A stretch of DNA of 64,000 nt from Bacteriovoracaceae bacterium (GCA_018649885.1 JABIHA010000028.1:1-64000); one strand, 5' to 3'. Counted from the first letter of the stretch, positions 19,981-30,308 are shown. Numbers and translations are program-made. Notes: generated by a model not told the origin, from the sequence alone.

Positions 19981-20037
19981 GTCTCCACCTGTGCACCTGA
20001 TTGAAGAAAAAGTAGATTTTGGCAGATAGGTGGAGAC
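19981..20037. terminator. Inverted repeat with large loop
   Basis: GTCTCCACCTGT ... ATAGGTGGAGAC downstream of 19934. Confidence 0.35.
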
Positions 20038-20211
20038 CCAAAGCATTTGAAAAAGTTACATAATTGATAAGCTGAATTGTTCCAAAAAACACAGAATTTG
20101 ACCCATTAAATTGAGTTATTTCGCCTATTTCCCTATAAATTATTCAACTAGATTTTCACTTTCAAGCCAATTCTGTAGGACATATTAGATAGACATAAAT
20201 TGGGAAATTGA

Positions 20212-23067
20212 ATGTACAAACTATTTAAGATTACAGTTGTTTTTTTGTCTTTAATTAGTTGGGGCATTACCTATGCAAGTGTAAGTAGCATTTGCGAAAA
20301 TATGAAAAATGGAACTTATCAGGATAGTGAAAAAAGATACACTCTTGAATTGAATCAAAGTAATCTTTGGGATTTTGCTAGCGAAAATGATGATGAGCAG
20401 TGGGCGAAGTTTGTCACGGTAAAATGCGATGACAGCGAAGTCTTTGTATTTCAAAATAGTGCAAAATTTCCAACTCACTATGATTTTTTGAACAAAGTAA
20501 TTTACAGTGATACCTTATCCAAAGAACAATTCAAGGCAATGACTCTGGGGCGTAAAGGCAGGGTTCATCTCTTAGGCGTTCTCAATTACAAACGAAACTT
20601 CGAAGGTTACGAACCAGGTACTCACTATCAATTTATTAGTAGTGATAATTTTAGTGCAAGTGAAATTTACCAGTTAAAAGTAAATCTTCTTTCCCGTGTA
20701 AAGCTCACCTTACTTCACATATACTATTTCCCTTCACCTCTCATTAGACAGGCCGTAAAAGATGACCGCGATGCTTACAATACTTTGGGAATTGATGTGG
20801 AATTTCCTGGGCAACCAAGAGAATACATAAGCTACTCTGCAGGCTGGTCAGCGGGCAAGGTGGTTAGAATACTATCGAGCGAAATCGAAACAAAATGGAT
20901 CAGCGGAGAAATAACAGCAAAAGATATCCTTGTTGTTGACAAGGTTCCAAGGGATATCCCTCCTGTTGCTGGAATCATTACTTCAGAGACTTCTTCAAGC
21001 TTTTCTCACGTGGCATTACTATCAAAGATGATGGGGACTGTTTTTCTTTATGAAAAAGATGCCTACTTTCTTGATAAATGGAAGCAAAGAGAGAATACCT
21101 TGGTTTTTATTGAAACGAAGGAAAAGGAAGATCATTTCTACAGTGATGTCAGATCCATCGTTGAAATTCGTGATAACTTAACTGAGAAAGACATTGAAAA
21201 GGTATTGAGGGTCAGGACAATTCCTGCTCGCAAGATACCAGAGTTTAATCACCAATATGCTAAACTAAAATCCATTGATAGCTATATTTTTAGTGATAAA
21301 AATAAAATTGGGGCCAAGGCGGCAAACCTCGGTTTTATTTGCCAAGCTCTAGAAGAGTGTCCAATAGGATTTGCCCTCCCATTTTCATATTATGAAAACC
21401 ATTTGGATACAAGCTTAGCGAGCGGATTCACTATTAGGGAGACAATAAAAGCTCTACTAGAGGGAAATGATCTTAGTGCTGTAGAGCTCTCCAAAACATT
21501 GCAACAGATAAGAGACCTCATTAAGACCACAGCGGTAAATCGTGGTGATTTTAAAAAGATATATGGGGAAATTCAGCGTGTCTTTGGTAAAGATGAGGTT
21601 CGAATAAAACTGAGAAGTAGTAGTAACGTTGAAGATCTCAAGAACTTCAATGGTGCAGGGTTGTACAGTTCAAAAGCGGCTTCTTCTATATCCAAAGAAG
21701 AAATTGAAAAAGATTTAAAGAAAGTCTGGGCCTCACTCTACTCAGAAAGGGCCTATATTGCCAGAAATCTAGCGGGCCTTAAAGGCCTTGGCACTTCCAT
21801 GGCCGTTGTGGTCCAGGCATCATATATAGGAGAGTTGGCAAGAGGCGTTTTATTTATTGATAAAAGTGGTTATGGAAAAAAACCGAAAGTAATTGTCTCA
21901 GGGTTTCCGGGAGATCAGCTCAAAGTTGTAGATGCGCCAGCGGGTAAAGTACCAGAAATTGTTGAACTATCATCTTACGGAAGAACAAAACTCGTCAGAA
22001 AAACTACCGAACTTCCTGATGGGCAGAGAGTCTTAACTGAGGCCCAATATCAAGAGCTTCAGTCCAAGTCTAGTAAACTCTTTGGACGCTGGATTACTTC
22101 TAGATCTCTTGATGAGAAGAAAGTTGTTCTAGATATGGAATGGAAGCTTCTAGCAAGTGGTGAAATCATTATAAAGCAACTACGTCCTGTGCCAGAAAAG
22201 AGTGGATCCCAAAATGATCAGCTGGTAACAACTGTTGTGGGTAACAAGGGGGCCATTTTAAGAATAAAACTTAGAGAGTCCTCCAATGGCCTAATTGCCC
22301 TAGCTCTCAACATGGACCTTGAGCTAGATTCTATGGCCTTTATCTTTGATGAATCACTTTCCACCGTAGGCCCAATTACTAAGGTTAGTGGAAAAAATCG
22401 AGGAGGTATACCCTTTGAAGTGAATGCTAACATGATGAAAGGAAATTTTTCAAAGACTGCTTGGGGTGAAAAATACTCAGGTTATGAATACGAAGTAAGA
22501 GAGGTGAGTTTTGTACTTGAAGTTCCTCTTCCAGACGTACCATCTTTTAAAATATTAATGAAAAGAGAGGAGAGAAGGCTTCCAGGTACATCGCGTGTAA
22601 CCAACCCTATAGTGAGTATAGAGGAGCTTGATTTTGAAGTTTTGGCATTGAAATCAGACTTGCCTGGATACAACCCTGAATATAAAAATAGAGAAATTTC
22701 TGTGGAAGCTGAAATTGTTCCGGTTCCCATGGTTGATAAAGTCATTGAAGAGCTTACGGAAACCTACCAAAGCACTAGTGGCTACAGTATTGAGCTTAAA
22801 ATGGAGCTTCTTCTCAGCGAAGGCTATGATGCTAGGGGACTCGACTACTACAACGTAACTTCAGGTAAAATTACTGGTCTGATAGAAAAAGATATTGAAT
22901 TCAACTCACCTCTTGCTGTGGAATACAGTGCTATTGATCACAACAGCGAGTTTGGCATTGCCTTTGATTTTCTCTTCGCTGACAACCTGACAGAAGCCGA
23001 GAAGGTGGACTTAATCAAGATTCATGGGCGTTACTTACACTTTGAACCTGCCTGGGAAGATTATTAA
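20212..23067 (+). CDS. Exported PEP/pyruvate-binding (PPDK_N ATP-grasp) dikinase-like protein with N-terminal phosphohistidine domain
   Basis: Signal peptide ending TYA; AGIITSE....SHVALLSK His domain; GAKAANLG, RSSSNVEDLKNFNGAGLYSS and DMEW...KQLRP ATP-grasp motifs. Confidence 0.85.
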   Translation: MYKLFKITVVFLSLISWGITYASVSSICENMKNGTYQDSEKRYTLELNQSNLWDFASENDDEQWAKFVTVKCDDSEVFVFQNSAKFPTHYDFLNKVIYSDTLSKEQFKAMTLGRKGRVHLLGVLNYKRNFEGYEPGTHYQFISSDNFSASEIYQLKVNLLSRVKLTLLHIYYFPSPLIRQAVKDDRDAYNTLGIDVEFPGQPREYISYSAGWSAGKVVRILSSEIETKWISGEITAKDILVVDKVPRDIPPVAGIITSETSSSFSHVALLSKMMGTVFLYEKDAYFLDKWKQRENTLVFIETKEKEDHFYSDVRSIVEIRDNLTEKDIEKVLRVRTIPARKIPEFNHQYAKLKSIDSYIFSDKNKIGAKAANLGFICQALEECPIGFALPFSYYENHLDTSLASGFTIRETIKALLEGNDLSAVELSKTLQQIRDLIKTTAVNRGDFKKIYGEIQRVFGKDEVRIKLRSSSNVEDLKNFNGAGLYSSKAASSISKEEIEKDLKKVWASLYSERAYIARNLAGLKGLGTSMAVVVQASYIGELARGVLFIDKSGYGKKPKVIVSGFPGDQLKVVDAPAGKVPEIVELSSYGRTKLVRKTTELPDGQRVLTEAQYQELQSKSSKLFGRWITSRSLDEKKVVLDMEWKLLASGEIIIKQLRPVPEKSGSQNDQLVTTVVGNKGAILRIKLRESSNGLIALALNMDLELDSMAFIFDESLSTVGPITKVSGKNRGGIPFEVNANMMKGNFSKTAWGEKYSGYEYEVREVSFVLEVPLPDVPSFKILMKREERRLPGTSRVTNPIVSIEELDFEVLALKSDLPGYNPEYKNREISVEAEIVPVPMVDKVIEELTETYQSTSGYSIELKMELLLSEGYDARGLDYYNVTSGKITGLIEKDIEFNSPLAVEYSAIDHNSEFGIAFDFLFADNLTEAEKVDLIKIHGRYLHFEPAWEDY

Positions 23068-24356
23068 TCGGCACAGATTGTATGGCCTATTTTCCACCAA
23101 ACCTTTAAGTTAATTGCGGCCACAGTGTAGCTCGTAAGCCTTGTAAGCCCTGTGCCATCTGTGTTCATGACCCAGACATTTTTAGCAGCATTGGTATTTT
23201 GTGTATTACTACCATCGAGGGCCATGTCGCTATTAAAAAGTATTTTTCCTGAAGCTGTTGGGTGCATTTCTGCAGCCGAGGCGTTTGTTAAACTCGTTAG
23301 AGGTGTTTTACTTGATCCATCTGTATTCATAGACCATATATTTTCAACACCGATACTTGCGTCACTCCCATCGAGGGCCATATCAGAGATAAAATAGATC
23401 TTGGTGCCATCGATGGAATATCTCCCCTGGTTGGCATAAGCAACGATTAGATTTGTTAGGGGTGCTCTATTTGAACCATCACGATCCATCCGCCAAATGT
23501 TGAGCTTTGCTCCAGCATTGTTGGCGTCACTTGAGTCAAAGGCGCCTGCACTATGGTAGAGAATCTTAGTTCCAGTAATAAAAAAGTGAGCTTGAGATGA
23601 ACTTGCTGTACTATTGGACATGAGTGCACTTTGACTACTTCCATCAACATTGACAGTCCAAATATTCCATTGAATTGTTGAAGCATCAAGAAGGTCGGCC
23701 GTGTTTTTTGATCTATAGACAATTTCACTACCGGCACTATTAAAAAAGGATTGTATATTTGCACCTTTAGCGTTGTAGTTGGTGAGGGGAAGATAGTTAC
23801 TTCCATTTGAATTCATGATCCAAATATTTTTTATGGCAGACGTATTGGTGGCATCAGTTCCATCAAGCTTTCCTGTACTCCTAACGGCGATATATTTTCC
23901 AGCTGCATCGATATGCTCGGATCTGCCATATGCACCAGCCGCGGTATAACTAGTTAAATTAGTATGGGCAGCAGTAGGGGCCGCATAAGTTGTAGTCCAA
24001 ACATTCATATTTCCATTGGCCAGAACAGTATCGGTTCCATCGAGTTTTTTATCGCTGTAATAGATAATTTGACCAGTTTCGGAGAGAGCTGGTCCACCAA
24101 CTGATGCAGTATCATGTTGGGTAATAACCTTACCACCTGTTCCGTCAGTATACATGGCCCAAATATTTGAGTTCGTTCCTGCGTTCAAAGTATCAGTGCC
24201 ATCGAAGGCCCCATCATGGACGTAGAGAAACAGGGTTTTATAATTAGAACAAGTAGTCGTAGTTGCAGCTGCTGCAAGACCGTCATCTTGAATATCATCC
24301 GATAAAACGCATGATGAAAAAATGCCAATAAGGCAAATTGCTAGAAGCACTCTCAT
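23064..24356 (-). CDS. TolB-like beta-propeller lipoprotein
   Basis: FSSC lipobox; seven repeats of S...LDG.D......N(I/V)W.M..DG....LT; ATG 24356. Confidence 0.8.
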   Translation of the reverse strand: MRVLLAICLIGIFSSCVLSDDIQDDGLAAAATTTTCSNYKTLFLYVHDGAFDGTDTLNAGTNSNIWAMYTDGTGGKVITQHDTASVGGPALSETGQIIYYSDKKLDGTDTVLANGNMNVWTTTYAAPTAAHTNLTSYTAAGAYGRSEHIDAAGKYIAVRSTGKLDGTDATNTSAIKNIWIMNSNGSNYLPLTNYNAKGANIQSFFNSAGSEIVYRSKNTADLLDASTIQWNIWTVNVDGSSQSALMSNSTASSSQAHFFITGTKILYHSAGAFDSSDANNAGAKLNIWRMDRDGSNRAPLTNLIVAYANQGRYSIDGTKIYFISDMALDGSDASIGVENIWSMNTDGSSKTPLTSLTNASAAEMHPTASGKILFNSDMALDGSNTQNTNAAKNVWVMNTDGTGLTRLTSYTVAAINLKVWWKIGHTICAD

Positions 24357-24592
24357 GCAACCCCTTCGGTCAGGAACTTCCACTATTTTATCATGTAGTA
24401 CATGAAATCTTCATTAAGAGAAATACACTTCGGGGGAGAGTGATAAATAATATTTATTTTTAAGTGGCAACTCATTTGATTTATTGCTACTTGCGCTGGG
24501 CCAGCTACACATATGTTATAAAGTGGATTTTCTGAAAAACCCCTGCTAGCTAGTTAATATTGATAAATTTGACCATTATTAGACTCAATATC

Positions 24593-25318
24593 TTATTGAA
24601 AAGGAACCTCAAGATCTTTTACATTTTTTCCAAAGTAACTTTGTGGAAGCGATGGTCTCACGCCTAGGGCCTTTTCTTTACTACTGATACAAGTTTTGAC
24701 GTTGCTGTGAAGGTCTGCCCATGTGACTGACTTGCCCATTTCTTCAATTATACAGCCATCCCAAAAGGTGTACTCTTCGTCAGCACTGCAACCAAAGCTT
24801 GGCAAATTTTTATGAGCAGCTGTAAGGATAATTCGATTATCTCCTGCTAGAGAAGAGGTGATAAACTGTCCTGAGTAACAAGCTGAGATGAGTATCACTG
24901 TAGGTGCATTTCCACAGTAACTATTTACTACCGAGCTAATAAATTTGGGTGGAATTATTCCAAGTCCCCTTATAAGAAAACCTTTGCCCTTGGCCCCATG
25001 GCTTGTCATATGAATTAAACATCCATCAAGTTCTGGATTAATTTCTAGGGCACTAAAGCCTGCAATTAAGTTTTCTGCAGTGGGAGAAAAAACTGTTCTA
25101 TCATCAACATAGTTTGGATCAACTGAGTAGTGAATTTGACTATCAATACCACTAGAGCGAAAGAGCTCTGATATATCTGTTCTGCCAGCATCAAAGTTTG
25201 CGATTTTAGCATCACCGGAGATAAATATTCCCTTCCAATCATAATTGTTTGAATAGATTTCTTGTGAAAATGAGTGAAAACTAAGAAAAAGGCAATAAGC
25301 TAGAAATAAATATTTCAT
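24593..25318 (-). CDS. Secreted peptidase C13 (legumain/caspase-fold) family protein
   Basis: HMTSHG catalytic His; ISACYSG catalytic Cys; ILTAA....SFGC motif; signal peptide. Confidence 0.85.
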   Translation of the reverse strand: MKYLFLAYCLFLSFHSFSQEIYSNNYDWKGIFISGDAKIANFDAGRTDISELFRSSGIDSQIHYSVDPNYVDDRTVFSPTAENLIAGFSALEINPELDGCLIHMTSHGAKGKGFLIRGLGIIPPKFISSVVNSYCGNAPTVILISACYSGQFITSSLAGDNRIILTAAHKNLPSFGCSADEEYTFWDGCIIEEMGKSVTWADLHSNVKTCISSKEKALGVRPSLPQSYFGKNVKDLEVPFQ

Positions 25319-25561
25319 AAGTGCTCCATAGCAAGACTGTATGGGGGGACCTTCTCATAAAGCTGAGTAAGATCAATACTTTGGAAAAGTTTACTTGGAA
25401 ATTAGGGAAAATCAGTACTATTTATAAACATCAATAGATACCATTTTGTGGTTTTCATTATTATTCTTATCTTTTTTACAACTTTTGGGTTTCAACCCTT
25501 TGGAATCCTTATTCCGTGTTAATCATGACCTCGGTGTTACATTTTTTATTCGGAGACTTTT

Positions 25562-26032
25562 ATGAAAGCTTTTGCCATCATTATTTCAGCAATTTTAATT
25601 CCTGCCTCTTTTGCTTCAACCCCTGCACAACTTTCAGAATTTTATGAAGTGCCTGTCACTCAAATAGAAAATGTGGATGCAAGGATGGCAGAGATGAAAC
25701 ATAAAATTACCTCTGAAAGTTGCAACCTATCATTTGAATCAGAAGGCAGTGTAAGAGCATTGCTTCCAATAACCGAGAGCATGGTTGGGCACCAATATTC
25801 GCTGGGACTAGCACAGGTGACATTTTGTGATCCTGAAATGGCTGCGGACCTAAATGATGATGAACTGACTGAAGAGGTTACAGGGGTGTTACCATTGGGT
25901 TTAATGCTTCATTCTAGATGCATAAATATTATGTATATGGCGCCAAATAATTCCTATGCTAAAAAAGATCGTTCATATTTAATAAGAACAGTTGTTCAGG
26001 AAGAGTACTCTATACATCTTAAATGTCAGTAG
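25562..26032 (+). CDS. Secreted hypothetical protein
   Basis: Signal peptide ending SFA; GGAG SD; 4 Cys. Confidence 0.75.
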   Translation: MKAFAIIISAILIPASFASTPAQLSEFYEVPVTQIENVDARMAEMKHKITSESCNLSFESEGSVRALLPITESMVGHQYSLGLAQVTFCDPEMAADLNDDELTEEVTGVLPLGLMLHSRCINIMYMAPNNSYAKKDRSYLIRTVVQEEYSIHLKCQ

Positions 26033-26100
26033 CGAAGGGTGCCAAAACCTGGTATTAGGTGTGGTCCAAACCTTGGCACATTAAATACTAAGTTATATGA

Positions 26101-26676
26101 CTATCTTTTCTTTTTCTTACCTGGTTTATATCCACGCATAATCTTTTTTATAGCGGCGTCGTCGAGAACCTTTTCACACTTGGTAAGCTCTTTTAGTTTA
26201 ATCTTTGCTTTTTTATGGCAAATGCCCATGCAAATCCCGTGATGCGGAAGTGGCGGAGTGAAAGGTGGGTAAGCACAACCACTGTGACAACCAACATTTC
26301 TGGCAAATAGGGCCATACATTTTTTTGTCTTTTTACTAACCTTTGACTTCTTCTTAGACTTCTTTTTTGACTTCTTTTTCTTACTTTTTTTCTTTTTATA
26401 CTTTTTCATTATTTTTTTTATAGCGGCCTTGTCGAGAACCTTTTCACACTTTGTTAGCGCACTTGGCTTAATTCCAGACTTACCATGGCAAGCGGCCATA
26501 CAAATCCCGTGATGGGGAAGTGGAGGTGTAAAGGGAGGATAGCCGCATACACTGTGGCATCTCACATTTTTACCAAATAGCTTGGCACAGCTTTTTTCTT
26601 TTTTACTTTGTTTTGTATATCCATTCCCAGGAATAGCAATGAGAACAGAAATGGCAATAAACAAAATATATTTCAT
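26101..26676 (-). CDS. Secreted Lys-rich protein with duplicated 6-Cys domain
   Basis: Two copies of C..LF..NV.CHS.C.YPPFTPPLPHHGICM..CH...LTKCEKVLD.AAIKKIM joined by a KKKS-repeat linker. Confidence 0.8.
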   Translation of the reverse strand: MKYILFIAISVLIAIPGNGYTKQSKKEKSCAKLFGKNVRCHSVCGYPPFTPPLPHHGICMAACHGKSGIKPSALTKCEKVLDKAAIKKIMKKYKKKKSKKKKSKKKSKKKSKVSKKTKKCMALFARNVGCHSGCAYPPFTPPLPHHGICMGICHKKAKIKLKELTKCEKVLDDAAIKKIMRGYKPGKKKKR

Positions 26677-26781
26677 GATAAACCCCTCAGTTTTGTTGGA
26701 TATCGGATCAATCCAACTAAATAATGAGTTTTGATTTATCTGATAAGGTTAGTTTTCTGTTAATATTGAGAAATCTAGACT

Positions 26782-26943
26782 CTAATAACTTCCACCATTA
26801 ACACAACCGAGGACATGATAGGTGAAGTCAGAGTGGAATTCATTTAATTGTGCGTCAGTCTTTCCACGGTAATTTAGATTCACAGTAAAAATACTGGAGT
26901 AAGATAGAGAAGGGATAACAAAAAATAAAATAAAAATTTTCAC
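26782..26943 (-). pseudogene. Short or truncated secreted-protein ORF
   Basis: GTG-KIFILFFVIPSLSYS signal-like start, then only ~35 mature residues. Confidence 0.3.
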
Positions 26944-27144
26944 CAGAATGCTCCAAGGTAGTCGCAACATAAACGGAGTTGATATATGGAAGCAAGGCCT
27001 GCTCTTACTTTTAAGCCAAATAAGAGCAAATACTATTCGGGTTCAAAATCTTCCGCGACCCATGGCGGCGAGCATGGGAGCTACTAAAACTCCAAGTCAT
27101 CGGTTAAACTGGGGAAATAAATTACTGTCGTCCTGGGGGGGGAA

Positions 27145-27834
27145 ATGGTTAATCAATGTCCATGGAGTGGTCTTGAGCCTGGAAGCATCTCTTTTTGTGA
27201 GAAAAAACTTTGCGCTCTCATTGTGGAGCCAGCGAACTCTTGGTCTAATATTGGTTTTATCATTATTGGGCTACTTCTATTTTACAAATGTTACAAAAAT
27301 GGACAACTCGACTTACTTCCTATTCCCATAGGCTCATTTTCACTTGGAATCGGATCTTTTGCCTTTTATGCTACTGGCACATTCTGGGGAGAGTACTTTG
27401 ATAATCTAAGCATGTTTCTTATTAGCAGTTTTATTATTGGCTACGCGCTTAGAAGAATTGTTAATTTTTCAAATTTATGGCTGTACTTGTTTATCAGTTT
27501 TATAACTCTCTTTTCTGGTATCATTCTCTATCTCAACCATAGTTGGGGAATTGCTATTTTTATAGGTCAAATTGTAATTGGAGAGTTGTTAGAGTTATCA
27601 CTTTTTTTAAAAAAGAATCCATCTGATAGCTACAAAATAGTCCCTTTGACTATTTGTATTCTATCTTCGGCAATCTTAGTTTGGATACTAGATCTAACCG
27701 GAAAGGTGTGTAACCCTGATAATCACATCTTCAACGGACATGCTTACTGGCATCTTGCACTATCTGTTGGTCTTTATTTGTTTTATATATTTCAGCAACA
27801 ATTTTCGAGTTATCAAAAAAAAACGGAGAAATGA
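27145..27834 (+). CDS. CREST superfamily membrane protein (alkaline ceramidase-like)
   Basis: FCE...EPANSWSN, GSFAF(Y)AT, D.LSM, HAYWH; about 7 hydrophobic segments. Confidence 0.85.
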   Translation: MVNQCPWSGLEPGSISFCEKKLCALIVEPANSWSNIGFIIIGLLLFYKCYKNGQLDLLPIPIGSFSLGIGSFAFYATGTFWGEYFDNLSMFLISSFIIGYALRRIVNFSNLWLYLFISFITLFSGIILYLNHSWGIAIFIGQIVIGELLELSLFLKKNPSDSYKIVPLTICILSSAILVWILDLTGKVCNPDNHIFNGHAYWHLALSVGLYLFYIFQQQFSSYQKKTEK

Positions 27835-28001
27835 TAAAATAAAATTTCTTTAGGTATTAAGGATAAGTCGTTAATAGTAGTCTTAATTTTTTCATACTAC
27901 ACACTTTCTGAAACTTTCTGAGTTTGGGCCTGTATAGTCTATATATATAAATTCAATACTAATAATACAAATAAAATTTGTTTATAAAATCAGGGGACCT
28001 C

Positions 28002-29042
28002 ATGAAATACGTTCCTACCATGGTATTTTTAATTCTATTTTCTATGACTGCTATGGGCACTGAGTATACATATTGTAAGGTAAATCTTCTTGATGGAGCT
28101 ACAATGGATTTAAAACTCGACTTTAAAAGACCTGCAGTAGCGCAGAGTGTACCCGCACTTGTGTTTATTCATGGAGGGGGACTTGTAAGAGGAAGCAGGC
28201 TTACATATTTAAATGAATTAGATCGGGCAAATGCCATGGGTTTTGCTGCTCTTACTATTGATTACAGGTTAACCATAAAGGCAGAGGACGAAACAGTTGA
28301 AAACGATCAGCCGAATGATGAATACTATCAAGTTGGTGCTAAGGCACCTGCTGGAATGAGAGATGTTCAATGTGCTATCAAATGGCTTAAGTCAAATGCA
28401 CTCTCACTTGGAATTGATCCAAGTAGAATTGGAATACAAGGTCACTCAGCAGGAGGCTATCTGGCATTAATGCTAGCGACAGCAAGTGCCGCCCCGATCT
28501 TTAATTTTACACCAATGCATCAAATTCAGTTTGTAGATGGCAATCTTGCTCAAATGGAAGTGCATAATACTTCTGTTCAAGCGGTCTCCCACTTTGCTGG
28601 TCCTAATAATATCGCCAATTGGCAAAACACAGAAGAGTTCCATCCTGCCGTCGTTGAAATGATGGAAAATTTATTTTTTACACTAAGTCTAGAGGATATC
28701 CCAAGTCACCCAATGGCCATTAGAATAAGTCCTTTCTATCATCTGAGTACATTTGTTCCGCCAATTTTGGCCTTTCATGGTAGAAGTGATGACCTGGTAC
28801 CTTGGCAACAAACTGAATCTTTTCACAATCAAAATACTCAAAGTTTTGGAAATACCCAAACGACTTATTTTATTGAAGGCGAAGAACACATGTATACTGA
28901 TATGGTTCTTTGCTGGATGATGGATAAAGTCTACGAGCATTTCGACAAGGTATTATTACAAAATGAAAGTGCCAGCTTGAATAGCTCAATAATTGATTTC
29001 GCTCCCTCTTATGTGAATCTAGGTCGTTGCAACTCAATTTAA
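28002..29042 (+). CDS. Secreted alpha/beta hydrolase (HSL/BD-FAE-type esterase)
   Basis: FIHGGG oxyanion motif, GHSAGG nucleophile, HGRSDDLVP, GEEH; signal peptide. Confidence 0.9.
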   Translation: MKYVPTMVFLILFSMTAMGTEYTYCKVNLLDGATMDLKLDFKRPAVAQSVPALVFIHGGGLVRGSRLTYLNELDRANAMGFAALTIDYRLTIKAEDETVENDQPNDEYYQVGAKAPAGMRDVQCAIKWLKSNALSLGIDPSRIGIQGHSAGGYLALMLATASAAPIFNFTPMHQIQFVDGNLAQMEVHNTSVQAVSHFAGPNNIANWQNTEEFHPAVVEMMENLFFTLSLEDIPSHPMAIRISPFYHLSTFVPPILAFHGRSDDLVPWQQTESFHNQNTQSFGNTQTTYFIEGEEHMYTDMVLCWMMDKVYEHFDKVLLQNESASLNSSIIDFAPSYVNLGRCNSI

Positions 29043-29055
29043 TATTTCCTTACTC

Positions 29056-29262
29056 TTAAATTTCCCAATAAGTAAGTGAATCAAGAGTGATAAAAGATTC
29101 AAGCTTTCCTTGCGGAGAAAAAATGCGCACATTGTATTTTGCCTTATAGCCTGAAGCTTGCTCAGAACGACCATCTTCATCAGTTACGATTTCACATGTA
29201 ATATTAAAAGTTTCTTCACCAGAAGTTGTTGTTTTACAGTGGGTAAGTCTTAACCATATTCT
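29056..29262 (-). pseudogene. Start-less coding remnant
   Basis: Open frame IWLRLTHCKTTTSGEETFNITCEIVTDEDG...KYNVRIFSPQGKLESFITLDSLTYWEI* preceded directly by a stop. Confidence 0.35.
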
Positions 29263-29342
29263 TTATTGTTAATTCAAATTTTTCAGATAAGTACAGCTTG
29301 CTGATACTCACAAATAAGGCCCAATATACCGAGTATGTAGGT

Positions 29343-30308
29343 ATGAGGATTTTTAAAGTTATTTTATTTAGTCTTTTGGTATTTAGCACATATTCCTCGT
29401 GGGCAGAAATTTGTGTTGGGGAAGATGCATCGTACACGAGTTTTGGAAATACAACTGTAACTTGGTATTTGAATCCTACAACAAAAGTATGTGTAACCAG
29501 AATTATGGTCAAGAGTCCAGAGGGTTATAGTCGTGAAATACTCTTTGACGAGCGAGGTTATTTTTCAACAATTGATAAAGATAGTACCTTCGAAACCACA
29601 AGGTCTCCTGAAAAAAAATCTTGGGCAGTATGGCCTGCTCTCAAAAGACAGTCAGTGGTCTTTTTGGAGGACCAGAATCTTTTAGAGGTTACACTCGCTT
29701 CTGGTCATGTCATTTACTGGGATACAATCAAAGCTGAAATTGATGATACAAAAACAAAAGATTTAAAGATTAAATACAATGGCACTTCAGCTCCAATGAC
29801 TATGGATATTAAAGAAAAAACTGGTACTCTCATAGATTTTGGTCGAATCGTTGGATATAAAGATCCTATGTTAAACTGGAGACGAAATATCACTCTCACT
29901 ACCGCTGAGGGAAGTAGTTGTAGTGTCCCTCACTCAAAGTTATTTTACCGATTTGCCAGATGTAAGTGGATCCCCAAATGTGAGTGTCCTGAAGGTGAGG
30001 ATTCATTCTACTTTACTTGTCACACAGACAATCCAAGGATAACCGAGCTAGATTTCATTACTCCGCGCTTAGAAGATATAACCCCTACAAGTACACAACT
30101 GCTATTAAACAAGCTTTGTCCAAATGCTGACTTTAGCTCTTCTAATGAGATGATAAGAAACCACCTAATAAGTGAATTGACACGGGCAGGGGAAGATAGA
30201 CCTCCTCAAAGCGATGGTGATCGTGCTGAAAGAGATCCCGGAAAAGATGTTTCAGTTCCCACAGGTGACCAAGGAGTTGTTCCATCTCCAGACGTACGGC
30301 CTGAATAG
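29343..30308 (+). CDS. Secreted hypothetical protein
   Basis: MRIFKVILFSLLVFSTYSSWA signal; several Cys; disordered C-terminal tail. Confidence 0.75.
   Translation: MRIFKVILFSLLVFSTYSSWAEICVGEDASYTSFGNTTVTWYLNPTTKVCVTRIMVKSPEGYSREILFDERGYFSTIDKDSTFETTRSPEKKSWAVWPALKRQSVVFLEDQNLLEVTLASGHVIYWDTIKAEIDDTKTKDLKIKYNGTSAPMTMDIKEKTGTLIDFGRIVGYKDPMLNWRRNITLTTAEGSSCSVPHSKLFYRFARCKWIPKCECPEGEDSFYFTCHTDNPRITELDFITPRLEDITPTSTQLLLNKLCPNADFSSSNEMIRNHLISELTRAGEDRPPQSDGDRAERDPGKDVSVPTGDQGVVPSPDVRPE

Noticed and set aside
20212..23067. ppsA, ppdK or rifampin phosphotransferase
   Set aside because: Wrong domain order, no C-terminal PEP-binding barrel, and a signal peptide is present
26101..26676. c-type cytochrome
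   Set aside because: Motifs are CxxxCH and CHSxC, not CxxCH
26948..27331. 127-aa plus-strand ORF
   Set aside because: Overlaps the CREST gene out of frame; no motif or SD
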